This document shows, one piece after another, positions 24,035-34,118 of a stretch of DNA of 64,000 bases. Numbering within the stretch: the first letter of the stretch is position 1; every line of letters begins with the position of its first letter. Under the pieces are notes generated by a model. The model was not told where the DNA came from. It was given only the letters and a program-made list of their open reading frames with translations, and did not search any database. The position numbers and the translations under genes are program-made. The DNA is from a virus. The stretch covers positions 4,181-68,180 of IMG/VR virus record IMGVR_UViG_3300031237_000001; one strand, 5' to 3'.

Positions 24035-25317
24035 CGAGGCGGAGATGGTAAGAATGCTTCCCTCAGGCGCATCCCCAAGTCCCGCCCCGTGCCGCCGATA
24101 AAGAGTTTCTCTAGCGGATCGGTGCCTTTCTCCGCCAGTTCCCGCAGCTCCTTGGACAGAACGAACGGTAGGATCGTCTTCTCTGCTGCGGCCGTAGCTA
24201 CCGCGCCGCCAGGACCGCCCATCATTCGGAAGGCTACGCGGGAAGCCATGGCCTCGTGTGGATTGCGTAGGATACCAGCCGGATTCGGAGAGGACAGGAC
24301 CTCTTCGCGCAGGTCCTTAAGAGAGTCTCTCCAAACATCGGGTAGCGCGTTGATGAGATCCGCGTCCTTGTCGAGCCTCTCTATAAACGCTTTCTTGTTG
24401 AGCAGGTACTTGCCCGTGTTCATGTCCAGCGTAGCGGATTTGCCGGGACGGGTAACGTCGTCGAGGTACAGGGAGATCAGCTTCGCCTGATCCTCCACGT
24501 CGGAGATCTTCATGATGCCGGCGAAGCCCGGAGCCGACTTGAGCATCTTCTCCGCCGCCCCCTTGTCCTTCGACCGGATGATCTCACGGGCCGCTCGGGT
24601 CTGCTCTCGCGTGAGAGATGACATCCCAGACGGCTGATACGCGCCGGCCCTTGGCACTCGCACTTTGTCGAGCAGGTCGATCAGGGCCGTCTCCCCCCAC
24701 TTCTTGATACGTCCCGGGGGCATCGTGGTCTGCGCCGTCCCCTGTATCGTTTGCTCCAGGTCCTTCTGTACATTCTTGGCACCGAGCCGGGCATGAAGCG
24801 GCAGACTAGCGCCAGCGACGAGCCCTTCAGCCCCCGCGCCTCCAAGTAGCGTCGCCCCTCCTGACAGGGCTGCCTGCGTCGGGTCCTTAGTTTCCAGCCC
24901 CGTTCCAGCCGCGGCTCCCAAAGCGGGGCCGAGAAGCCGCGCCGGTAGTTTGGCTCCGGGGGGCAGGGCGGCTTGAACCATGTTGGCGCCGGTCGAACCC
25001 GCCGAGAAGTTCGGGTTGAGTGCTACGTCCAGAAGACCGGATGCCGCTCCGGTCAAGCCTCCGATGGCAGCGCCGCCTGGGCCGCCGAGCAGACCTGCCG
25101 CCGCTCCCGATGCAGTAGGTAGAGCGACTCGGGCCAGAGCGCCGCCCAGGAACTTAGAGAAGTCCTGCGGCTTCTTCTGCGCCGCCACTACCTTCTCGGC
25201 CTTCTCCAACGCGGCGAGACCGGCGCCCGGCTTCATCTCCGTGTAGATCTTCCCGCCTTCACGGTAAGTGATGGAGGACTCGTCTTCCTCTAAGATCTGT
25301 CGTTCAGCCTGGGGCAT
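24031..25317 (-). CDS. putative internal virion/ejection protein
   Basis: G/A-rich hydrophobic helices; last gene of the late arm. Confidence 0.55.
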   Translation of the reverse strand: MPQAERQILEEDESSITYREGGKIYTEMKPGAGLAALEKAEKVVAAQKKPQDFSKFLGGALARVALPTASGAAAGLLGGPGGAAIGGLTGAASGLLDVALNPNFSAGSTGANMVQAALPPGAKLPARLLGPALGAAAGTGLETKDPTQAALSGGATLLGGAGAEGLVAGASLPLHARLGAKNVQKDLEQTIQGTAQTTMPPGRIKKWGETALIDLLDKVRVPRAGAYQPSGMSSLTREQTRAAREIIRSKDKGAAEKMLKSAPGFAGIMKISDVEDQAKLISLYLDDVTRPGKSATLDMNTGKYLLNKKAFIERLDKDADLINALPDVWRDSLKDLREEVLSSPNPAGILRNPHEAMASRVAFRMMGGPGGAVATAAAEKTILPFVLSKELRELAEKGTDPLEKLFIGGTGRDLGMRLREAFLPSPPR

Positions 25318-25318
25318 C

Positions 25319-26905
25319 TTACTTCGCCTCCACGCCGACGACCCGCCGCTGATCGTCCAGGACGAGCCGCTTCCCTCTCTTGTCCGCAGCCATTCTCAGC
25401 AGGGCGACGGCCGAGGGCACGTCGATCTTAGCCGGGTCCTTGCCGATCTGTGCCGTGACCGCGTCGGCATACTGGTCCATGACGCTGTTCAGGTCCAGGT
25501 CGTCTGGTGTAATCCCCGCCTGCTTCATCATCCTTGACGCCACGGTCCCGACGTAGAGGAGCGACAGCCCGTGGATGTACAAGCGCGGGTCCTTGGCCAG
25601 AACAGTAGGGAAGACCTGTTCCAACCACTTCGCTTCTCGGAAGCCGTACTGTACACCCGTCTGCTGTTTCAGGTAGGATGAGACCATCCGAACCTGCTCC
25701 TGCAACAGCGTCTGTTGCGGGCGGCTCAATGAGCCGACGGTGGCCAGGATCGTAGCGCCCGGTAGGTTCTGCAAGCCGAGCGACTCAGGATTCTTCACGA
25801 CGTTGGCCAAGACACCGCGGATCTGCGACTCGATTCCGTAAAGCTGCTGGACAGTATCGCGGGTCTTCGCGTCAATAGTCCTCTTCGGTAGGGCAACCTG
25901 TGTCGGATCGCCGCCTGCTTTGGGAAAGTTGAAGTAGACCGGCTCGTTCGTGTACGGATCGTACCCGGCGAAGCGAGGGGCGAAGTTCGGAGCCATCCCG
26001 GCCTGCGGTGGGTACTTGCCGGACTTGCCGATCTCGTCCAGGTTGCGCAGGAAGATAGGCTGGTACGCCTCGAAGTCGTTCGGGTCCAAGCCCTTCGACT
26101 GCATCTCCTGCACAGTCATCTCCTGTGCTTTCTGCACTACGTTGGACGGCCCTAAGGAAGTCGCTTTCTTGAGCGCCTCAGTCCGAGCCTCAGCCTGCGC
26201 CGTTTGTGCCTTCTTCAACTCGTTCTGGAACTGTTCCGAGGTGAGGTCTCCCTGCAAGCGCCTCTGGGCGATGTCCTGCATTCCTTCTTGATAAGCTATT
26301 TTCGCGTCGGTCGTGCGGTTCCTCCACTCCATCTGCTGTTGGAACTGATCCGCCTTCTGTCGCATGACGTTCAGCTCCGACTGTTCCCGGCGTGCCCGTT
26401 CTTCTGCCGCCCGCCTCTCCGCCGATGCCGTCGCCAGTTCCCGCTGCATAGAAGGGGCGACCTTCGCGTACTCCTGCTCGGCCTCGGCCCGTGCCTTCTC
26501 CCGCGTCGATGGCCCGCCTTGTCCTAAGGTACGGACGATCTCGGCGAAGATGTTCGCCTTCTGCTTCCCGGTCCTCTCGCCCTTCTTCCCGAAGAGTTCC
26601 TCCATGCGCCGCTGCGCCCGCTTCTCCGGCGTCTCTTCCAGGTAGGCCCGCGCCTTTCTCTCCGTCTGCTTTCGCGCCTCCTCCTCTTCGTCCTCCAGGC
26701 TCGGCACGGCAACGGTAGGCGCTTCTGCTTGGGGTGGAGTCTGCGCGAGCAACCCTCGGATGATGTCGTCCGGCGAGATCTGAGGCTGTAGTTGCTGTGG
26801 TAAGCCCGCCTGCACCCCGGGTGGTAGAGAACCTGGAGCTTGACCGGGGACGCCGAGGAGAACGTCCAGACCGCCTGCGTCGAAAGGTTGAGTGAAGCCG
26901 TCCAT
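25319..26905 (-). CDS. putative internal virion/ejection protein
   Basis: Q/E/A-rich coiled coil; podovirus synteny. Confidence 0.55.
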   Translation of the reverse strand: MDGFTQPFDAGGLDVLLGVPGQAPGSLPPGVQAGLPQQLQPQISPDDIIRGLLAQTPPQAEAPTVAVPSLEDEEEEARKQTERKARAYLEETPEKRAQRRMEELFGKKGERTGKQKANIFAEIVRTLGQGGPSTREKARAEAEQEYAKVAPSMQRELATASAERRAAEERARREQSELNVMRQKADQFQQQMEWRNRTTDAKIAYQEGMQDIAQRRLQGDLTSEQFQNELKKAQTAQAEARTEALKKATSLGPSNVVQKAQEMTVQEMQSKGLDPNDFEAYQPIFLRNLDEIGKSGKYPPQAGMAPNFAPRFAGYDPYTNEPVYFNFPKAGGDPTQVALPKRTIDAKTRDTVQQLYGIESQIRGVLANVVKNPESLGLQNLPGATILATVGSLSRPQQTLLQEQVRMVSSYLKQQTGVQYGFREAKWLEQVFPTVLAKDPRLYIHGLSLLYVGTVASRMMKQAGITPDDLDLNSVMDQYADAVTAQIGKDPAKIDVPSAVALLRMAADKRGKRLVLDDQRRVVGVEAK

Positions 26906-26907
26906 GT

Positions 26908-28638
26908 TTAGAATCCTAAGAAAGATCCGGCGAGATCGCCGAGGCCGCCGGTCCAGCCGCGTACCCCCGCCCCTTCTCGATTGCCGTAAGCATCGGAGAA
27001 CATCGGATTGAACAAGTTCGTTTCGCTTCCGTACCGGCCGCCTGCGAAGTTGAGTTGGTTATTCGCCATCCCCGTCCACGGCGCGTAGATGTTACTCAGA
27101 GCTGTCTGCGCCGTATTCGTCACGCCGCCTAAATTGCTGAACGCTTGGTTCTGCGCCTGACTAATGTTGCCGAAACGCTGGTTCCCGAGGGCGCCGCCCG
27201 TCAGGAGATTGTTGATGTACGTGTCGTACAGACCGCCCTGCGTACCCAGGAGTTGGTTGTACAGGCCGCCACCGCCGAGCGCCATCCGGTTCATCCCTTC
27301 GAGTGCCCCTTCTGCCTGACCCAAGCCGCCCAGCCGCTGCCGGTTGTACTGATCGAGTAGGGAACCGCCGAGCTGCATCCGCTGCGTCTCCGCCCCGAGC
27401 CCGCCGAGGCCCAGCCGACCCAGTTCACTTTGAAGGGCCGTCTGCTGCCCTTGAGCCTGACCAAGCAGGCCGCCGGCGCCGAGCCAGCGTCGAGAGGCCA
27501 TGTCCTCCAGGTTCCCCAGGAGTCCGGCGTTGATCCCGAGCCGTTGGTTCTCTAGGGCTCCTTGACTTTGCGCGAGTTGGCCGCCCTGCGCTTGTCTCTG
27601 TAACATCAGCGCCTGCCGTTCGAGCAGGGCTTTCTGCACCGCGTCGGCCTCTTGCGCCATCGCGGCATCGGAGAACTCCCGCATCCCCTGGTTCTGCAAA
27701 CCCGAGGCTACCGTCGCGCCGGGGCCGCCCCCACGAGCCAAGGCTCGCTGCATGTACGCCTGTCTCTGCTGAGCCGAGGCTCGACCGGCCGTGTCCCGGG
27801 CGAAGCTCAGGACCGTTTCAAATGGCAGGAGCGGTTCGTCCGCCGCCTGTGTCGCCCCAAGTTGCTGCATGTAGGCGGAGATCGGCGACGCCCCCTGCTG
27901 TAGAAGACCCTGAAGAGCCGCGCCCTCTCCTACCGCTCCAGTCGGCGTCAGGCCGCCCGTGCCGAACATCCCGGCCAAGCCGCCCTGGCCAGCCTCGGCC
28001 ATCTGCTGAGTCAGCGGCGTCTGCCCACCCCACTGAAGGGCCTGGTTCGCATAGTCCATGAGGCCCCGGGTGAAGGCCGTCTGACCCTCCCGGCCCAGGA
28101 GCTGGCCGCCTGTGTCCGCCTGCTGGCCCATCTCCCAACCCCGGCCCGTCCCGATGTCCATAGCGCGGTCCAGGATGTTCTGACCGGGTTGCGACCAACC
28201 GCCGCCCAGGAAGAGTTGCGCCGCGGTAGGCATGACCTGCGGACCGCCGCCCGCCCCACCCTGCGCGAGTCCCTGGATACCACTCTGGGCGCCCTCCATC
28301 TCGGGCGTCGTCCACTGACCGAGGTTCCGGGCCAGATCGAGCAGACCGCCCTGCGCCCACGGCTGCTGCATGTCCCAAGTCTGCGGCAGGATGCCCGGGC
28401 CGCCTTCGCCGCCGCCCCAGAGGAAGCCCTGCCCGGCGTTCGCCCCGCCGAGAAAGAGGTCTCGTAGAGGATTCTGATTGGAGATGTACGCGTTCTGGCC
28501 AAACTCCTGCGCCGCCCGCTGATTGTTCAGGATGCTGATGAGCGCGGCCTGAAGCCAGTCGTTCAGATTCTGCTGGCTGACTCCGGTGAAGATGGAGCCG
28601 AGAGGTCCGGTAACATCGCTGGTTCCAACAACTGGCAC
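26908..28638 (-). CDS. putative DNA ejection/pilot protein
   Basis: G/Q/A/L-rich low complexity, ends GLGDLAGSFLGF; synteny. Confidence 0.55.
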   Translation of the reverse strand: MPVVGTSDVTGPLGSIFTGVSQQNLNDWLQAALISILNNQRAAQEFGQNAYISNQNPLRDLFLGGANAGQGFLWGGGEGGPGILPQTWDMQQPWAQGGLLDLARNLGQWTTPEMEGAQSGIQGLAQGGAGGGPQVMPTAAQLFLGGGWSQPGQNILDRAMDIGTGRGWEMGQQADTGGQLLGREGQTAFTRGLMDYANQALQWGGQTPLTQQMAEAGQGGLAGMFGTGGLTPTGAVGEGAALQGLLQQGASPISAYMQQLGATQAADEPLLPFETVLSFARDTAGRASAQQRQAYMQRALARGGGPGATVASGLQNQGMREFSDAAMAQEADAVQKALLERQALMLQRQAQGGQLAQSQGALENQRLGINAGLLGNLEDMASRRWLGAGGLLGQAQGQQTALQSELGRLGLGGLGAETQRMQLGGSLLDQYNRQRLGGLGQAEGALEGMNRMALGGGGLYNQLLGTQGGLYDTYINNLLTGGALGNQRFGNISQAQNQAFSNLGGVTNTAQTALSNIYAPWTGMANNQLNFAGGRYGSETNLFNPMFSDAYGNREGAGVRGWTGGLGDLAGSFLGF

Positions 28639-28792
28639 GGGGCTTTACCTCACCTCTACTTTACCTTCCAGGACGTGCGGAACCGTCTGTAACGAGGCGG
28701 GACAGGCAAAGGGGCAGGGGCAGCAAAAACGTCTGTATAAGTTGTTGATTCGACGTGATTCCCGAGCCGGGATTTCGGGGCAGGCTACTGGG

Positions 28793-28960
28793 TCAGTCTT
28801 CACGGGACCAGTCTCTCAGAACCTGCCCGGCGTCCTCCCGCTCGTAGGCCGCCCAGCCCCGGTAGAAGCCGCGGCGGAACCCCCAGGCGTAGGCCCCGAG
28901 GACGCCGAGGAGGAAAGCGGCGGCGACGATCTTCGCCACGATTACTGGGTCAGTCGGCAT
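28793..28960 (-). CDS. small membrane protein
   Basis: IVAAAFLLGVLGAYAWG hydrophobic stretch. Confidence 0.5.
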   Translation of the reverse strand: MPTDPVIVAKIVAAAFLLGVLGAYAWGFRRGFYRGWAAYEREDAGQVLRDWSRED

Positions 28961-29217
28961 CAGATGATTACCTTCCATCCTGTAGATTTCAAGAGGTACA
29001 GCTTCTCTTCACTTTCGACGAAGGCCATAGTGCCTGTCTCAAGTCCGGCCTCGGTTACCAGCCAGTCTCTTTCAGCTACCGTCGCGCAACGGTGCGTGGC
29101 GAGCATCACGTACTTCGTGTCGTCGCCGTAGAAGCGAACGAACTTTCCGTTGTCGATGATAAAGCGGGTAAGTTTTTTCACGACGACACCCCGTAAGTCC
29201 TCAAAGTAAGATGCCAC
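28960..29217 (-). CDS. small virion-region protein (true start probably downstream)
   Basis: GTMAFV...KLYLL..TGW motif seen in fibre modules. Confidence 0.5.
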   Translation of the reverse strand: MASYFEDLRGVVVKKLTRFIIDNGKFVRFYGDDTKYVMLATHRCATVAERDWLVTEAGLETGTMAFVESEEKLYLLKSTGWKVII

Positions 29218-30629
29218 GTCACGTTATTGTCCAGGGCGCCGGTGACCTCGACGAGCACGTCGCCCGCCGACAGAGTGAAGTTAGCATCCCACCCCGCCTG
29301 ATCTTCGTCGGCGTTCTTCGATACGGCGCCGATTAGCGTCGCCGTTCCTGCGACATTCTTGTACACGGCTGATAGCTTGTACCGCGCCCCGTCCTCAGCC
29401 GTCCCGGCCGTCCCGCCCGTCCGCCGCGCCACGACGACGGCCTCCAGGGCCAGCGTAGTCGTCGCTGGCACCGCCACGGTATGAAGCGTCGTGACTGTCG
29501 CATCAGTCGTCGCCACGCGATTCTGGTAAACCTTCTCTGTCGGGTCATCTCCCGTCGCCGTAGACGAGAGCCTCTGGACCTCCGCGCCCAACGTCGTTTC
29601 CTGGACGTGCAGGCGAGCCCCTGGAGTCGCCGTTCCCACGCCGAGGAAGTTCGACGTGTCGTCCCAGAAGAGATTCGCATTGTCCTCGGTCAGGATAGTT
29701 CCATTTGAGAAAGGCACGGACCCGGCGGTGAACGCGGTCGCCCCGGTTCCGCCGTTACCTAGAGGCAGGGTCCCCGTCACATCCGCGGTCAGGGAGACGG
29801 CCCCGAAGCTCGGGGCGCCCGCAGCGTTTCCGTGCAACACCGTCGTCGTCGTACCAAGGCCGACCGGAGTAGACGGCGTCGCGCCGGCCCCGCCACCGAG
29901 TACCAGCGCATTCGCGGTCAGGGCTGCGGACGATGCTAAGGTCGTCGCGGCCGTGAAGCCCAGGACGCCTCCCGACGTACCCCCCGTCAAACCCGTCCCG
30001 CCGCGGGTGACGGGTAAGGTGCCGGTTACATCGGCGGTCAGACTCACCGCCGAGAAAGCCGGTGCCCCTGCCGCGTTCCCGTGTAGTACTGTGGTCGTCG
30101 TTCCAAGCGAGCCTAGCTGCGTCAGCGAGCCTGCCGTCGTTCCGACGAGGACGATTCGATTAGGTGTCGTCAAAGCCCCTGCACCGAGGGCAACGTCGCT
30201 CACCTCCGTCGTGAAGCTAACCGAGGGCGACTGGAACAGGTCGCTGACGACGCCGGATTTCATCTGCGTCTGTACGTACGCGGTCACCGGCAGACCGCCC
30301 GAGGACTCCAGCTTCAAAGTGGCAGGCGACGTGGTGAAGGACGAGGGTCCCTGCGGCGTATCACCGCCCTCGAAGAGGCCGGTGACATACACGTTGTAAT
30401 GGTCGATGAACCTGTGTAACGGCGGCTCGGGATTGTCCCAGACAAGGGTGACCTGCGTTCCTCCGACGAACGGCTCGACCTTCAGGACGCGCAGGGAAGA
30501 GACGATGGGGACGCGGGTCAGCCCTCGTTGTCTCGGTGGCAGCCCCGTTCCCTCCGCTGCGCCGAGCTGGTTGACGAGCGTCTCCGTGATGAAGGTCGTC
30601 TCGGCGTTGATGTCTCTTTGACGGGGCAT
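29178..30629 (-). CDS. tail fibre-like protein
   Basis: Duplicated LGTTTTVLHGNAAGAP.F.AVSLTADVTGTLP...GGTG block; NLFWDD..N.LGVGTATP.A.LHV. Confidence 0.75.
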   Translation of the reverse strand: MPRQRDINAETTFITETLVNQLGAAEGTGLPPRQRGLTRVPIVSSLRVLKVEPFVGGTQVTLVWDNPEPPLHRFIDHYNVYVTGLFEGGDTPQGPSSFTTSPATLKLESSGGLPVTAYVQTQMKSGVVSDLFQSPSVSFTTEVSDVALGAGALTTPNRIVLVGTTAGSLTQLGSLGTTTTVLHGNAAGAPAFSAVSLTADVTGTLPVTRGGTGLTGGTSGGVLGFTAATTLASSAALTANALVLGGGAGATPSTPVGLGTTTTVLHGNAAGAPSFGAVSLTADVTGTLPLGNGGTGATAFTAGSVPFSNGTILTEDNANLFWDDTSNFLGVGTATPGARLHVQETTLGAEVQRLSSTATGDDPTEKVYQNRVATTDATVTTLHTVAVPATTTLALEAVVVARRTGGTAGTAEDGARYKLSAVYKNVAGTATLIGAVSKNADEDQAGWDANFTLSAGDVLVEVTGALDNNVTWHLTLRTYGVSS

Positions 30630-30730
30630 GTTACGAAACTTTTACCCAGCCGCTTTTCAGAAGCGCCTTGATTATCTTCGGTAGGTCCTTCCGCTTCGGG
30701 AGAATGATGGGGCCATAGTCGATAGCCATT

Positions 30731-30988
30731 TTACTTCACATCCTCTCGGAAGAGTTCGCGGGCACGCGCCTGCGCCCGGTTGAACGCACCCACGTCCAGG
30801 CGCCGCCGAACCGAGGAGCACTGTTCAGCCTCGGTGAGTAAAACGCCCTCGGGGCAGCCGAAGTACCGCCGTATGAACGTGTCCCAGGCTACCTCGAAGC
30901 GCACGATGCGCTGCGTAAAGACCGGGTCCAGTTCAGGGGCACGTAGACCGCCTGCCAGAAGCAGGAAGAGAAGGAGGAGTCGCAGCAT
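30731..30988 (-). CDS. small secreted/membrane protein
   Basis: Hydrophobic N-terminus; two Cys. Confidence 0.55.
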   Translation of the reverse strand: MLRLLLLFLLLAGGLRAPELDPVFTQRIVRFEVAWDTFIRRYFGCPEGVLLTEAEQCSSVRRRLDVGAFNRAQARARELFREDVK

Positions 30989-30989
30989 C

Positions 30990-31778
30990 CTACTTTACTC
31001 CGCGGGCCTCTTCGCTTTGCAGTTTTTTCTCAAGCGCTTCGAGCCTTTCTATTGCTGAATCAATCCAGTTCTTTTTTCGTGGTGGAGCTACTGGTTGCGT
31101 ATCGCCTCCGGGACGGATCATCCTTGCAAGAACCTCTCCTGCTCTTGGGCTTGCAATCTTAACGTGTTTTAGAAGCGCCTTCAAATACGCTTCTCGTGTA
31201 TCGGAGTCAACGGGGAGCCGTCCAGGATTAGCAGCGAGATACGCCGGGGCTTCATAGTCCGAGTCTCCAAATACATCTACTGATCGAAAAGCCGAGGCCA
31301 CTTTTTGAAATAGCGGCTTTATGTCGGAACGAGAATTGAAAGCGTGCATGTCCACACCTAATTGCGACAGTAGATTGTGAACGCTCTCGTGCCGGATGAT
31401 GCGGTTGGTTTCGTCGGTAGAAGCTGCCGGGTTGACGTAGATCGAGCCCCTATCCTTCGGAATACGCCGTTGAAGTTCTGTCGGCAAACGCTCGATGTCA
31501 CCAGGCACCGGCGAGTAATCCGAGGTAAGACCCGTGCCCGGAAGGGACAGGTCTGCATCGGGAAGTTCCTTCTCCGATCCTAAGAAGACGGGAGCGCGGG
31601 TGAATCTGCTCTCACCGTATCGAGGTGCTGGCAAATTCGATGGTCCAGTAAGCCCAGGAGGCAACGGAGGTCGTGGCAATGGCGGCGGAGCCGTCCCGCC
31701 AAAGGCAGCGGACCTCTTGAACGCGCCTGGCTTAAAGAACAAGTCCATCAGTTCTTCTTCGGCTATTCGTTGCGGCAT
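30990..31778 (-). CDS. HExxH metallopeptidase-like protein
   Basis: IIRHESVH followed by a downstream E (YEAPAY); lower GC. Confidence 0.55.
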   Translation of the reverse strand: MPQRIAEEELMDLFFKPGAFKRSAAFGGTAPPPLPRPPLPPGLTGPSNLPAPRYGESRFTRAPVFLGSEKELPDADLSLPGTGLTSDYSPVPGDIERLPTELQRRIPKDRGSIYVNPAASTDETNRIIRHESVHNLLSQLGVDMHAFNSRSDIKPLFQKVASAFRSVDVFGDSDYEAPAYLAANPGRLPVDSDTREAYLKALLKHVKIASPRAGEVLARMIRPGGDTQPVAPPRKKNWIDSAIERLEALEKKLQSEEARGVK

Positions 31779-31780
31779 CC

Positions 31781-34105
31781 TTAGACTCCTGAGTTCGGCG
31801 CGAAGGCCACCTGAAGGGAGCAGAGTTGAAAGAGGTCCCGTGTCCCCTTCTTGAGGATCTCTACCGCGATCCTCTGCCCCGTCGTATTCACCGGGTACGT
31901 CGCCGTCTTGTACGCGATACTCTGCCGTCGCCGCGCCGGTTCCTCCGCCGGGTCCACGCTGATCGGGTCGTTGTACAGATCGTCCCAGTAGTAGTAGACG
32001 CTCGGGTCCCGGTCAGGTAGGTTGTCCAGGCCTGTGAAAACGAGCCGCTCCATGACGATGTTGTAGGCGGTTGGCACGGCGGCGGGCGCCCGAAGTGCGT
32101 TGACGTGATTACCGGGTGGAACGCGGAAGAGAGACGTGACCGCGTCGAAGTCGTAGCCGATGACCGTACCCGACGTGGTCCCTGTGCCGATGACATCCTG
32201 CCCCGTTCGTAACGTCGGGTCGATACGCACCAAACGGCCCTGTCCCGCCGAGGGGTCCCAGACGTAGAAGACGAGCCTTCTCTGCGACTGGCCCTCGAAG
32301 ATGCGGCCTGAAAGCATCGCTGTGGAGCGGATCGTCCAGGGCGTGGACCAGAAGTCCATCTTCCTCTGTGCCGACAGCTTCAGGTCGTAGATCCACTGGC
32401 GAGACAGCCGCGGGTCCGCATCATTGTGGGACGCGACGACGAGCCACTCCTTCTCCAGGTCGCCGAAGTACGCTAACTCCACACGGCCCCCAGCGTTCAC
32501 CGCGTCGATGATGTCGGTGAAGAGGGGATCGGAGATGACTTTCATGTCACCCCCGGAGATGAGCACGATACGAAAGTCGTGTGACAGAAGGGCGACGACG
32601 CCGCCGAAGCGCGTGATCGCCCCGGGGTGTCCCGCGGGCGCCCCCAGGTTGTCGAAGATGGGCCGGATGTTGAATGTCGCCAGATTCGTCCCCGTCACCT
32701 GATACGTCGCTTGGAGAGTGAACACGTAAAGAGCGTCGTCCGTCTCCTTCACATTGATAACGGTGGTCGGCAGCCGGAAGAAGTTTCCATTCGTCCCGTA
32801 GAACCAGCTCTCCTCGGGTATCCCAATGCTGACCTCCTCGTCGCCGGAGAAGAAGAGTACGTTGTCCACACCGTACCAGAGACGGCCGGCGTAAACGGCC
32901 ATCGGCGTCGATCTCTTCACCGGGTCCGTCCCGACGATGAGTGGCGCCGTCGTTGTCGGCGGCGGGTTGTTCGAGTCCTCCGACGGTGCGATCTGCGCCG
33001 TGTCCAGGAACTCGTCCGGCAGCGGGTCGTTGAAGGTCGTCGAGGACGCGCCGGTCCCGAGTGAATCGTCCGTGTAGTTCACCGTGACCGCTCCAGGATT
33101 CGCCAGCTCCTCCAGGAGGAAACCGGCACCGCCACCATCGGTCGAGCGGAAGACGGCTAGGGTAGGCACATTCGTCGTATCCGCGAAGCCCGTCAACTGC
33201 ATCACCGGCTTGAGATCTCGGAAGGGTCCCGTTCGACTGGGTAGCTTGTCGGGATTCGTCTCTATCGGAGCGCGGGACGAGTAGTGATTGGTTAGCGTCT
33301 TGCCCGCATACGTGTACTGCCAGAAGAAGTTCACGTCCACCTGATGGTCTGAGGCCGACCAGTTGCGCCACAGTACCGCCGCATCATCCCTGTGAGCGGC
33401 GGCCGTAGTCCCTTCGATGGCGCGGGTCACCGTCCAAGCGGTGCCGGGCAGACCCGCCGTGACTGTCATCCGCTCGAAGTCCACTTGGATGTTGAAGGGT
33501 ACGGCGGGGAAGCCTGTGTCGGCATCCACATTGATCGTCAAGTCCCCGGCGGCAGCATCGGCAGAGAGTTTCGTGATCGCGCCGACGACGTGCGCCGGCT
33601 CGCTCGGCGGTAACAGCCCCCAGAGACTGACGGTTACCGAACCGCCCGTCCCGTCGAAGATGACCGAGCACAGTTTGTCCTCCGTCGCATCGGGCGTTCC
33701 CTTAATGTACGCCTTACCACGGGAGAAGCCGACCTCGTGAGGCACCGTAGACCTGTTGATGTTCCGCAGCGTGCCGACGGTCGTCCAGGCAGGAGACGCC
33801 GCGTCGAGCCGCAGGTACTCCATCTGATACCGGCCCGTCGTCGAGTTGAAGACGGAAGCGAGGACGAAGAGTTTCGACGGCTTGTCGAGCGTCTCGTAAA
33901 GCCACGTGCGGCTGACTCGCCTCGTAGACTGCGACGACGACAGCTCGATAGTGCCCGGCCTCTTCGCTAACTTGCCACCGAAGGTAACGTAAGTATTCTC
34001 GCCCCTGACGAGCCGAACCGGCTCCTCCTCCAGCTCATTGAGGATGCGGTTGTACGGCAGGTAAAGCGGGATGTCTTTGGTATCCCACTGAGTAGAGTAG
34101 CTCAA
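31781..34105 (-). CDS. tail nozzle / packaged-DNA stabilization protein (tail tubular B-like)
   Basis: LAKRPG near the N-terminus, beta-propeller-like repeats, YAGRLW, size and synteny. Confidence 0.7.
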   Translation of the reverse strand: MSYSTQWDTKDIPLYLPYNRILNELEEEPVRLVRGENTYVTFGGKLAKRPGTIELSSSQSTRRVSRTWLYETLDKPSKLFVLASVFNSTTGRYQMEYLRLDAASPAWTTVGTLRNINRSTVPHEVGFSRGKAYIKGTPDATEDKLCSVIFDGTGGSVTVSLWGLLPPSEPAHVVGAITKLSADAAAGDLTINVDADTGFPAVPFNIQVDFERMTVTAGLPGTAWTVTRAIEGTTAAAHRDDAAVLWRNWSASDHQVDVNFFWQYTYAGKTLTNHYSSRAPIETNPDKLPSRTGPFRDLKPVMQLTGFADTTNVPTLAVFRSTDGGGAGFLLEELANPGAVTVNYTDDSLGTGASSTTFNDPLPDEFLDTAQIAPSEDSNNPPPTTTAPLIVGTDPVKRSTPMAVYAGRLWYGVDNVLFFSGDEEVSIGIPEESWFYGTNGNFFRLPTTVINVKETDDALYVFTLQATYQVTGTNLATFNIRPIFDNLGAPAGHPGAITRFGGVVALLSHDFRIVLISGGDMKVISDPLFTDIIDAVNAGGRVELAYFGDLEKEWLVVASHNDADPRLSRQWIYDLKLSAQRKMDFWSTPWTIRSTAMLSGRIFEGQSQRRLVFYVWDPSAGQGRLVRIDPTLRTGQDVIGTGTTSGTVIGYDFDAVTSLFRVPPGNHVNALRAPAAVPTAYNIVMERLVFTGLDNLPDRDPSVYYYWDDLYNDPISVDPAEEPARRRQSIAYKTATYPVNTTGQRIAVEILKKGTRDLFQLCSLQVAFAPNSGV

Positions 34106-34118
34106 CGACGCGCCTCCT